Source: Chlorokybus atmophyticus
Taxonomy: Eukaryota; Plantae; Mesostigma and Chlorokybus algae
Reading direction: 5' to 3'
Length of the DNA: 64,000 bases
NCBI GenBank assembly: GCA_009103225.1
Contig: RHPI01003488.1
Span: 257,438 to 321,437, forward strand
The translations under genes were made by a program, and so were the position numbers. Shown one piece after another: positions 48,267-60,600 of this stretch; position 1 is the first letter of the stretch; every line of letters begins with the position of its first letter. The notes beneath the pieces are model-generated. The model worked only from the letters and a program-made list of their open reading frames with translations, ran no database searches and was not told the origin of the DNA.

Positions 48267-48304
48267 GGAAGCACACATTTATAGTTCCGAGGCACTGCGG
48301 TCAT

Positions 48305-48461
48305 GAGGAGGTAACTAGAGCCAAGCGGCTTGTTGTGTACAGTACAAAAGTATGCTCAACAGGAAGGTTGATTTTTCTTGTTGACGAGGAGGTAACTAGA
48401 GCCAAGCGGCTTGTTGTGTACAGTACAAAAGTATGCTCAACAGGAAGGTTGATTTTTCTTG
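48305..48461. repeat. Perfect 76-bp direct duplication (period 81) just after the GH51 stop codon
   Basis: gaggaggtaactagagccaagcgg...gttgatttttcttg occurs at 48305-48380 and 48386-48461. Confidence 0.93.
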
Positions 48462-51400
48462 CGTTGCATGCGTGTATGATGCCATCCACTCTTGGCTTAC
48501 ATGGTCGTAAGATGGGACGGGCATGCTCGCTTTGCCGCTGGTCGCTTGTTGCGGCTCAGCTGTTTGTTTACACATGATGAGCATGAGGGACTATCAGTCA
48601 TACAGCCATGCGAAGCTTGTGCTGGCTAGTTGAGTGCCCTGTGCAAGACCCCCTGCTAGTGCATGCACAGAAGTTGTTGTCTTCGGGTCAACAAGCGTTT
48701 TGATGGAGCAAACTTCGTTATAGCGTTGCAATCGGGATCATCTGTGTAAAGTATAAGGTCGTCATCTCTCCACGGGAGCTGAACAGGCTGGCATTGCTTC
48801 TGATTGTATCGGTCGTTAGCCGCGGCGGGGTACTGCGCCTTTGTCAGTGTCATCAACATCTCTCATCATGCGCTTGCGACTCACCTACATTGTGCTTGTC
48901 TTGGTGCCATTTGTCATACTCACACGGGGCATCCAAAGGAGTGCCACACAACAGGTGCGAGGTGCATGCGCCTATGTCAACTTCACATCTGCGCATGTCT
49001 GCGCATATATGACAGATGCACCAAGCACACGCACCTGAACATGTACTACTACATGCAGGTGCCCATGCATACGTGTACCACCTTACACGCGAGGTCAGGC
49101 ACATGCATGCACATGTACGCAACCAGATACATGCGTGCACAGTTGCCTACGCATACACTTGCACATGCGCGCACACACACGCACGCATACACATGTGTGC
49201 GAACACACAGGCACGCACAGCATACATGACACCAACGCCTGCGCTTGTGATCTCAAGCGTGATTATTGACGCTGCCAGTGGCTGGCGTTTAGTCGATGCC
49301 ACTTGCAAGGTGGCTCGCGTGTTGACGCCGGCCCTTGTGCCAACTCGCATATTACACCATGTAAGTGAGCAGTGTGCGAGACCAGCTGCTGGCAGGCGTT
49401 GCACCGTGGCAAAGCGTGCACGCCCAGTCACACAAGTGGTCTGTGTTACGCACTGACCAGTAGTCGTAGTAGTGGGATGCTCTGCTGCTCTTCTTTGCCA
49501 TCAAGCTTCGGCATCTGTGCTGTTGCGCACAAGCACATTGCCAATCTGGTAGTTGCCACTGTCGTTGTGTGCGTTGTTGTGTGTCGTCAATGTCTGGTCC
49601 AAAAGTGTTGTACTGTTGTATCATCATCTTGACGTCGCCATTCCCGTTCTGGAGTACTCGTGTCGCATCACAAGTGTTGCGCAAAAGACCCTTCGGTGCA
49701 ACAGGTGCAGAACAGCATGCTTGCGGAGGTTGTCAGCGCAGTTGCGTGTGTGTCATGCGGACCAACCATCGTCTGTCCCGTAGGGTACAAGAGTTGGGGT
49801 CCCCAAGGATACAGAATCTTTCTGACACGTAGGTTGTGTTGCTGTGGGCCTCAACAATGGCGCTTGGAACTGACTGAGGGCCCGCCCTAAGCCCCCTTCA
49901 AGGCCTTGATACTATACTATCGTCGTCTTCTGGCTGTTCTCGCAGGCACAGACGCAACTGTGTGTACTTACAACAACAACTGAGTTGTATCCACTCGATG
50001 CGATGTCGTGATGTTTGTAGCATAGCACTGACTCTTTTATGACAGGTGCGGCCATTCACATCCCAGCGCGTTCGTGTGCAGCTCCAAGTGCGCGTGATTT
50101 GCATAGCAACAACATACCCCCTGCGAACACTCCCCCCCCCACAGGCGCAAGCTGTTGTTGCGTACACAGTTGTGTAAAAGAAATGTTGTGTTGCAGGAAA
50201 AAATCGCTCAAAAGAATCGCTCCACCACTAAGCGCAGGCTTGAACAGGTGAGATGATGAGAGTAACAACACACGCGCGCAAGCAATGCCGGCAGATGCTT
50301 TGTTTGTTGCAAACGCAGTCACACCTTACCAACAACCTGTGCAACCAATGGGTATAGTGTACTACCATTTGAGCTTGCAACAACATTTCCAAACAGGAAC
50401 ATTGCAGTGCGCTTGAGCGTGGTGAGAGATGGACGAACCCGAAGCGATTGTGTGTTCGCCAGCCAGCGCTTGTGAGGTTGGCTTCAAGGATTGGCTAATC
50501 TCTCTTACCTCTGCCTTCATTAGAATGCGACGGCAAGGTGAGTCGCTTCTAAGCAGCGTGCATGTGAAAGGAGAGAGATTGCTGTCAGCCAGCAATCTTC
50601 GCTTGAATATCTACATGGCAGGGGTGGCATTGGGCGAGACAACTATACAGCAGGGGTGTCTGACCAGCAGGCAATATCGTGCAGGTTGCTTGGTATCGGT
50701 ATAGTCTTCATGCATGCGTAGTATAGATGAGGTAGGTACTGAAGCCCAGCCGCTCAAGCGCGAGTGCATGCTTCTTCTTTAGGCCGTCACGGAGTTAATA
50801 AGAACCGAGCCGTGGGCGGTGGTTTGACCGCGTGCATTCAGGCTGTTAATTCGCCTGGCAGCGGCTGGCTGAGCAGGTAACCTTTGTGACGAACGATGTG
50901 CATTGCAGGGCTTCTAGACTGCGTTTATGAACAGCTTGAACAGAACATCCGAGGGCAGTTGCGGTCACACAGGGCATAGCTTGGGAGCTGCAGAGATGCA
51001 ACGTTGTGCGCATATGACTTGACGCGCCGCACCATGCAATCGTAGCCCTCAGAGGTTGCTGCTTGTTTCCAACGAATGAACAACAATGTTGGCAGTCGTC
51101 GTCTATACCTTTGGCAACCCAGCATTCGTGCGCGGGTGCAGCAAGTTGCTGCTTTGACATTCTCGGATTGTGCATGCCCTCGACGAGGTGCATGTTTCAT
51201 GCGTGTGGCATCAGACAGCACATCCACGCATCCTACAGCAAAAGTCTGCTGGGCATCACCACACAGCTGCGGAACAATGTATCATGCGCAGCTCGGTATA
51301 ATCAAAGCAACTGTGATGTTGCAGGTAACATACGCGCCATGGCGATTGTTCGGGCTCAGAGCACGTGGACTACTTGCTTAGTGCTGTTGGAGAGATTCCA

Positions 51401-53615
51401 TAACCTGATGTTGTGATACATGATGGGCACGTGCGCTGAGGCATTGAAAGCGTGGAAGCAGCCATTGCGTACCCAAATGATAAACGGGGACATTCACAAG
51501 GCGCAGTTGGAACACTTTGGTGTAAAGAGTTTGATCCGGAAAAAAAAGGAGCGATGACGCTGATGACTGGGTTTGGGCGATTTCCACGAAGAGTGGTGGT
51601 GGATCCCGATTCTCGGCAACGAATCAAGCAGCAACCAAACTTCACCGAGCTGAGGATAAGTGTTTGTGTAAAAGCTAGCTATCAGCAATTGCTTGCTAGC
51701 AGAGAGGGAACCCAGTACATGTCGAGCCGTTGGTTTGCTTTCACAGTGCGGTGGAACAGTTACCGCCCGCATTGTAGTGTGTAGAGAGTTGGCAGGTGTA
51801 TGTTATACTGAGAGAGAGCACATGTTGATAGTATCAGCACACGTGCTATATCAAGCACATCATCGTATCCCCCATCAGGCACCTCACCCATCTTGCACCA
51901 CCTCCCTGCTCAGCCGCATGATGTGCACAGCAACTGAGCAGCAGCAACACTGTCCGAACCGGTCATCCCCTCCACAGCAGTTATGTTGGTGGAGGAGGAC
52001 AAGCGTTCATGTGGCCGATGCATGCAGGTACCGCACTTGACTTAGCGCAGCAGCCATGCGCCTCGCTGCCAGTGAGTCGTAGTGTTGGTGACAAGTAGCT
52101 GGTAGAGCGGGCGTGGTGGCTAGCTGAAGTTGACGACGCAAAGCGCCTCTCTGGCGCCTTACCAGAGTCCACTCGAGTGCGCTGCAGGCAGGTGTTCGTT
52201 GGTAGAACTTGATTGTGCTGCGTGCTTCTGGATGATGCACGCACGCACGCACGCAGGACATAGGCTTCTTCTTGCTGTTGCTCAGTGTCTTGCTCAGTTG
52301 CCTTGCTATGTCATGGGCGCCCAGGCGGCGGCCTGGAGCACAGAGATGTCGTTGTGGCTGTGGCTTGAGGACATTAACCAGGGAGGGACTTGAGGACATC
52401 TGCGGGGCTGACGCGGGGCGACGCACAAGGTTATCCGCAGAGGTTGGTACAAGCAGGTTCACGGCACCAGTGCGGTGTCAATGTGGTACAATAGGCAGGT
52501 CTCCCATCTCTCGCGGTTTCAAGCTCACCACATTGCTCTGATCAGTGCAGCCGCAGCTGTGAAGACTCCTTCCTGCTCCTTCTCGGCGCCGACCCTAGTG
52601 ATGAGCAGACACGTGCGCACACACGCACACGACACATCCACACATACCTTCCAGTGCCCGGACTAGGGTGGTGAGAAGGAGTGGAGTTCGCATGCAGTGT
52701 ATGCAGAGGGCGCTTGGAGAGCGCGCAGCAGGTTGAGAGACAGGAGCAAACTTGATGATGGCGGTGCTCAACCATGCGCAGACTGCAACACACAAAGACA
52801 ACAGGTAAAAAGAGTGGCGCTATCAACCGCGCATCACACTCATGCTCGTTTAGTCACCTGATGGACACGCAGCTGCTGTTGGGAAAGCCTCAGTCGCTTT
52901 CGCATTGACTCGGGACTCTGGATCAGTCAGCTGAGAGTGCTGCACAATGTCATGTTAACGATACATCATGCGTTCCTACCATATAAAGCAGAGCGTCTAC
53001 TGTTTGTATATCCGTATCACATTCACGCGACGACCCTGTCAGCGCAGTGCAATAGGGTGTCTCATTGTTGGTACTCCAGCAATGTGGACACTCTTGTGGA
53101 CTCACCTGCTACCGACATGCACTGCACGGCGGCAGCCTGTCACCCTCTCACCCTCACACGTCATCTTGAACTAATCTTTCTTACATATAGCTTTCTCTAA
53201 TCCTGCTCATCGCAATTGCCTTCATCAGTCCCACTCCCATGGTGGGTAGGCTGGTGTGGTTGTGCATGCGCATGGTGTTGGTCAAGGCGAGGAGGGCATG
53301 GCATTGCCAACTTTGACGGTCACAGTCCTCCATGTTCGATACAATTGTCATGGATAGTGTGTAGCCTTGTTGGTACTGCGCGTGCGTGCGTTTGTGCATG
53401 TGCGTATGTGTGATAGAGAATAATTCTGAAGTGCTGAGAGACAGGTCGAGTCACAGCATTGCATTTGGTTATGCTGATATATCACAAGCAGCAGCCATCC
53501 CGTGTCAGGCAGGCAGGGCGATCAGGTGAAGCCGCGGTGTATCAATTGATGAACAAAGCAGATGAAGCTGCCTGTATTACAACAGGTGTGGTATCACCCC
53601 ACACACCAATCACTG

Positions 53616-56600
53616 CTACCTGCCAAACACAACAGGTCTCTTGACGGGAGACCCCACGCCGTGCATTCCAGTTGTTTTTTCTCCTGCTTTGAGGCGTGAC
53701 GGCTTTGCGATGATGTCTCTGCACTTGGGGATGTGCCTCTCCTGCAACAAGCACAACATCAACTAGTTAATTACAAGCGTTCTCTGTGACTGTTGCAGGC
53801 AATGTGTTGTTCAGCGTGAGCACTTACAGCAGCCTGTTTGCTGTATCGCCGTCCACAACATGGGCATTGAATCAGGCTGGGGTCAATTGTGGGCGGTGCT
53901 CGCGGTATGTCTCGTATATTCACTCCCGCTGCCACCTTCGAACAAACACTGCATCAGCAACACACTTCAAGCAGATGTATGAATGTTGCTCATCACAGGT
54001 ACCTGCTGTGTAACCTTGCGAGCGTTGCGAATGGCTGATCTGAACGCTTCGCTCTGAGCCTTCCACTCAGCCTTTTGACTGCCCGGAAGCGGCGCGGCAT
54101 CGTACGACACAGGCTTGTTGATAGTGTTCGCCTTTGTCTTGGGACCACCTTGGCTTGGCTGTGAAGTCACCGTGCAATCGCAAGTCAGTCACTCGAAACC
54201 GAACTCCCGACACACCCACACCCACACCCACACCCACGCACGCGCGCGCGCGCGCTTACTCGCACCCGCACCCGCACTCGCACTCGCACTCACACAAGCA
54301 CACGTGGGTGAGTGTGCACTCAAAGCGACAACAAGGACCTTCTGATACTTGGCTGCTTCTGTTCCCTGCACGCGTGCTGCTGTGGAGTTGAACTTCTTCC
54401 GTTTGCTCTGGAAAACCTGGCAATACATCACACGAGTCAGAAGGCTACAGACACACTTTTTGAGTGACGTGTTGTCGCACCATATCATGTAAGCTTGGTG
54501 TTGCTGAGTCAACCACTCTGAAATGCCAGCATATAATTGCACGCAGTCAAGTACAATGGCCAAGGTGGTGGCAACATGTTTACATAGGCATGTCCAACAC
54601 ACATCTCTACAGTCTGCTCCAAGTTGGAGCCTCCAACTCTTACCTTCCGGCACGCTCTCTCATGCACGGCAAGAGCCCGCTCAGCAAACCGCCTGCCGCA
54701 GTCTCTACACTGAAATAGCGGCTCATTCTCTTCCGGCTGCTGTGCAACTTCCTGGTTGGTGTCGCTGCCGGGCCAAAAGGTTTCACAAAACCATCAAGTA
54801 ATCAGTTGAGGCAACTATGCAGCAACTGGCAACTGAAAATTACATGTGTCTAGTCTGGCCTGCCCGTTGGTTTCTTGCTTCAGCAGTGGGCAGCAGCTAT
54901 GAGCGTTGTTGGTGCGTGAAAACTGCCTCATAGAACGTGTCAAGATGGTTGCCACGTACCTTGCGGGCTGTTGTTGTTGTTGTTGTTGCAGTTGATACTG
55001 GTGGTGCTGTTGTTGTTGTTGGTGTTGTTGTTGCTGTTGTTGTTGTTCTCTACTGGGAGGACGCTCTCGCATTGCCTTGTTGATATTTTGCACCTGATGC
55101 ACCTGTGCTTGCATGTGTGCTTGTACTTGCGGCCGTGCAGCAGCGTGTCCACTATCCGCACGCCACTCATACTCGCGTGCATCCTCACGTGCATCCTGGC
55201 GGCCACCAGCAAAGCTGTTATTAGGTGGGGACGCCACATCCCTTGGCGATTTGCGCGTGAGCTTGTTCTTGAGCAAAGAAAGCAGATTGCCACCACGCCG
55301 TCCTTTCGCGGGAGAGGATGAAACACTCTCCCCAGCACTTGCACCGTTGCTTCTTGCTCTTGCTTCTTCACCTGAACTGCTTGGAGCTTCAACGAAGTCA
55401 TTACTCCACGGCGGCCGCTTTGATGCGTTGTTCAGTGCATTCATTTTGGGCATTCCTTTCCGGCTGCCAGCTGGCGCTGTGGTCGTGATGCCTTGGCTCG
55501 GGGGGACTCTTGCCGGCGAGCCAGATGTTGATGTTGGTGATGTTGTTGATTGCTGCTCGGCGTTGGACTGGCGCATGCGGTGGCCGTGATTCAGCATGTG
55601 CTGGGAGAGAGAGTCCACGCCGTTGGGTCGAGGGAGTTCAACCATCGGGTCTTCGGTCTCGTAGCGAGCACTGCGTGCACACATCATCAGAAGTGGTCGA
55701 GGCCTGCATTGCAGTGCAGCTGGCAATAACTCATTGACAACGTGTTTGTCCTGAGCCGATGGTTGTCAATACAACAACACTCGTTGCCAGCTTCTGCACC
55801 CGCTGCACAAGCACAACTGCTCTGCACAATCTAAGATGACTACCGCTACACGCTGATGACCAAATCCACACATGTGCGCATGTGTGTCATGTGCCTATGG
55901 CTCAGTTGCAAGTCACTAAAGTAAAAATCACTAATCAACAATTTATTGCTCATGTGTTAGCTGGCGATCGTACCGGCGTGTGCTGCCGGCTGTGTGGCTC
56001 CTCATCTCTCTGTCGAGCGCATCCGGGATGTAGTCCTCATCATCATGTCCTGCGGGCGCGAAGGCGAGTCGTCCCCGCATCTGCATCTTTTGTGCTTTGA
56101 TCGCCACCAGCTGCGCCAGCCTCGCACGCAACTTCGCCTCCTCCTCTTCGATGCGGGAGAGGTCAAAGGAGGAGGACGGAGACATGAAAGAGCTCGGCTG
56201 TTCAGCAAAGTATTGGAAGGTTTTGTTGCCATTGCCTTCTGCTTGTGCGTTGCGCGGATCCTGGTCGTAATACTCGTTGTCGTGCAGGCCTGGCTGAGGC
56301 TGCTGCGAGCCATACATCTGTTGGCCATGAGTCAATATACCAAACTGAGACCGGATGTCCTATCGCTATGTCCCATCGCGTTTCAGCACTGCTGCTACTT
56401 CCTTGACCCAACACGATCCAACACAAACACAACATGTCCAACTTGTGTAACACGAGCGTTACCCCATCATTGAGAGCAACGAATATGTATCTAACTTGAC
56501 CTGAACAACATGTGTCTGTGGTTACAATAGCGACTTATATCTACCTGAGAGTCGTCGATGTCCTGCTCATCAAGAGCCCACGCCGTGGCAAGGCGGAGCC

Positions 56601-56703
56601 CTGGCGTGGCGCCGGGTGGCGCAGACTGCGGCATGGACGTCACGCGTTGGGCGGTTTTCGGGATGTCTCCGTAATGCTGCTCTCGTGCCCTTTGCTCCCG
56701 CAT
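53616..56703 (-). CDS. C2HC zinc-finger protein (ZC2HC1/FAM164-like) with a long disordered, Gln-rich N-terminus
   Basis: In-frame spliced exons give LFQCRDCGRRFAERALAVHERACRK|VFQSKRKKFNS..R..|..AEWKAQSEAFRSAIRNAR..|..DPSLIQCPCCGRRYSKQAA|ERHIPKC. Upstream exons are about 56703-56548, 56329-55972 and 55664-54962 (polyQ at about 54968-55045). The start codon is uncertain. Confidence 0.8.
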
Positions 56704-57670
56704 CTGCGATGACGCGCGTATCAACAATGCTTATCGAGGAGGAGACTTAACGAGGACAGTTGTGACACTATTGTGTTGTTGGCTGGCTGGACTTCTGTGC
56801 ACAGTCTGAAACCAAACAGTATTAAACTAAATCGTAAACCAGATTTCTGCATCAATATGTAGAGTTGCACGAGAACGCATGCAAGTCCCCTTCTTGCATT
56901 CAAGATTCTCCAGGTCCAATTTGATTCCACAGCAGTGCGTGCTTTCAATAAGTTGCAAACTTCAGGCCAAAGACAAACACTTCACCCTGAGCTCACACAA
57001 CACGCTAAGGAATACTGGTATAGAGCATTCCCCTGTTCACGTTTGAAATTACTGCGTGTGCGTGCGTGCGTGCATGCGTGTGTGTACTGATAGCGTTTTC
57101 ACCCCTGCCCTAATTTAGCCTCTATCATCATTACAACACAAAGGCTAACGGGTGACATTGTGAAATGCCTTTTCCCACAAACGAAGGTATAGTGCGCTGT
57201 TTCTATGTTCATATCGAGTCAATCTTTATGAGTACACCACAACTAGCAGCACAAACAATGTTTCAGGTTGGGATCAACGCCACTTGGCGATCGTCAATCG
57301 ATTTTTTTTCACAACAACAAATGCTACAGCAAGGGGTGGGCTACCTGCGCAGCCCGCTCCATCTTCTCCCGCCTCTGCCGCGCCCAGTCATTGGCTGCGG
57401 CGCTGGCCTGCCTCACGCCTACGCGGGCACCCATCCCGGCAGCAACGCCGCCGCCGCGTAAAATTCTCAAGGAGGCACCCAAAGTCACTCACGTTTTTCA
57501 TGCATTCATACGCGGCTTAGTAACGGTCAACAGTCCAGTTTTGGGCATCTCGCTTGATTTGGTCGAGTCTGTAGCTGAACCTCGAATCGCGTTTCAAGAT
57601 GTGTACCTACGAACTTTTGCTTGGTTTTTCCGCAGGCTTACTGTGCAGTGCCACGTGGCGCTTCTCCGCC

Positions 57671-60600
57671 ATGGCGGCGGCGGCGGCGGCGGTGGTGCTG
57701 GCGGTGCTGGCCCTGAGCGCTTGTCTGACTACTTGTGTTAGCGGTTTATATGCGTCTGACGGGTGAGCTTATAGCGTGAGAGAGAAGCGCTCTGAGTTGG
57801 TTTTGCCATGCATTCTGGTTGACATTTGTATTAACAAGCTGTCTGGCTGCAGTGGGTCCCTAGATGCTCACAAGCTTGCATGTTTTGATAGTATGGTTTC
57901 AACCGATCACCAACCATGTTGAAACATAATGCTGTGCATGACGTATCACACTTTCCCAAACTGCTGCTGCATGTGAGTTGAAAACATGCAGTGTGTGCAG
58001 CATAATTGCCTCATACATTTCCATCCCACGTCCTTGTGTGAGTGCGCCTTTGCCATACGTGTTCGCGTTCGTACATACAATTAATAAGTCGCTTGTGTCT
58101 GCGCATGCATGAGGCTGTCAGTGACAACACAACCAGCTGACTGTGTGGGCAAGCATGTCAGTCACATCGCAACAATGCCTTTGTGCTGGCTGCAGCCCTG
58201 TCATTCAACTCACGGACAAGACGTTCTCACAAGTCCTGCACACCGACGCTGTCTGGGTGGTAAGAACTAGGATAGCAACACACATTTCAAGTGTTTCACG
58301 GTACTGTTACAAAGTGATGTTTGTTGAGCTTATCACCTTAATATGTGATCACAGGTTGAATTTTATGCGCCTTGGTGCGGGCACTGTAAGCAGGTACGCT
58401 GGCTGCTTGCTCTGCCCACCCTTAACTCGGTTGCCTGATTACAATATGAGTAACACATCTGTTGTTGTCCAATGCAGCTGGCTCCCGAGTATAAGAAGTT
58501 GGCAAGCAGCTTGGAGGGCATCATCAAGGTGAGTGTCCTGCTTAGCATTGCTTGCCCGTTCACTGCACACAGTGCATTAGGCTGCTCCTGGTTCCTATGT
58601 AGTGCGACCCTCCTCACCCTGTACAACCAACTCCTCCTCTTCTCATACATGACAACCATCACCAATGCTCAGTCAGACGCTTATGTCAATAACCCGAGAT
58701 TGACCCCTCCTCCAGCCACCCCGCCCCACGCAACATAGCCATGCTTATCTCAAGTGATGCGTGCAGGTTGCTGCTATTGACTGCGACGCGTATCCAGCAC
58801 TGGCGCACCAGCATGGCGTAACTGTAAGCATGTTAACGAAGTTCAAACAGTGTTGTTGAACGTACCGTTGGCTGCTTGTTGACTGACAGGCCGTGCGTGC
58901 AGGGTTTTCCAACAATCAAGGTAAGCTGCAACATTCTTTTGACCAGTCTCACATCCAAGGCTGCACAATGCGTGGCACAATGAGAGACTTGACGTGGTAC
59001 ATGAATGCCAATACGCGAGCATGCGTGCACGTGAGCGTGCATGCACGCACACAAGCGCGCATGCTCACATCAACCTGTTGGCTGTCATTAACTTCTGCGG
59101 TAGGTTGTGCTTGTTCTGCTCTGGCAGTGTTATACACCCAGAACTGTTGTGCAGGTGTTTGAAGCCGACACGCAGAAGAATCCGTACACCCATGAGTACT
59201 CCAAGGCAAGGCAATCTTGAGGAAGCAACCATGACAGCAGTGCTTGCATTTGGTTTCTTCACAAACGCCATAGTTGCTTGCCGCAGGTTCCTTTGGATTA
59301 TCAAGGTCCGCGCACAGCAAAGAAGATATCCGAATTTGTAACAGGTCACTATAGTCAAGTATAGTACCAAGTTAACTCTGCAAGCATTGCACTTAACCAT
59401 GTACATGTAGTGGTTATCAATGCCTGCATCCAGTAGCTCACTTCAGTTGTCTTGTATCTGCAGCGTTGCTGCCTTCCTACGTGGACATAATATCATCAGA
59501 GGAAGCTTATGAACAGTTCCTGAGCAGTGAGCCCAGCGTGTCAAAGGTAGACTGGCATGCTGTCTGCGCGCCTGGCTGCCAACCTGGCAGCAACCTGGCA
59601 GCGATTTGATTTGACTGTTTCAAGGTTGCAGGTGCTGCTGATTTCAAGCAAAGATGACGTGTCACCTATGTACAAAGCCATGTCTCTGCAATACAGGTGT
59701 GCGCCCAGTGCCTCGCAGATTGTGATGTAGCACTGTCTTTATATGTCTGTGGTTCATTTCGCAGGGCCCGATTGAAGTTGGCGCAAGGCAGTGCTGCTGA
59801 CAAGACATTGACAGCGAGGTATCAGGCTGACGCATTCCCATTTGTCATTCTCATCAAGGTGCGTCGCATGAATCTGTCTATTACACGCTACGCTTTTCAT
59901 TAAGCAAAACCACATGTAACAGCAAAGCTGTCTTGTAATGGCCTGCTAACAACTTACTCTTGCGACTGTTGGTGTGCAAGCAGCCTGATGGTGAGCAAGT
60001 CGTATACAATGGACCAGTCAAGGCCCAAGCACTGGCGGAGTTTTTGGACTCCTATGCACCTCCTGTTTTGACAGATGGTTCTCAGCAACAAGAGGCAGGT
60101 GCGGCAGGTGCTGTTCTGTAGCTACATCAGCAGGACAGTCTTCCGTCTACATCATCATTACTGATAGCATCTGCTTGTGAATAAAATCAGCCGCCATGCC
60201 AGAGAAGCCCAAACCAGCATTGAGGCTGTCCACTGTAGAAGAGTTTGAGGACCACGTTATAAAGAGTGAGGATGTTTGGCTCGTAGCATTCATCAACAGT
60301 TCTGGTAAGCAGCTCCAGTTTGAGCTTAAGTTTGCCAGTTGCTTGGACAGTCTGCTGCAGCATGTGCTGAGTCTTTTCTGCAACGCATCAATCTGCATAC
60401 TGTGCAGGCGAAGATGATGCCTGCAATGACAGAGTTGCAGATTGGGAAGCGGCTGCTGATGCGCTGCTTGGTATGGTACGTGGTCACCTTTGTCATGCAT
60501 TGATAACATTATGGAGGGCATAATGTTATCAATGCATGACATCAAGCTTTAACCATACCTTGCAATGTTTTCGCAAACAGGTCAGGTTGGGTGAAGTGGT

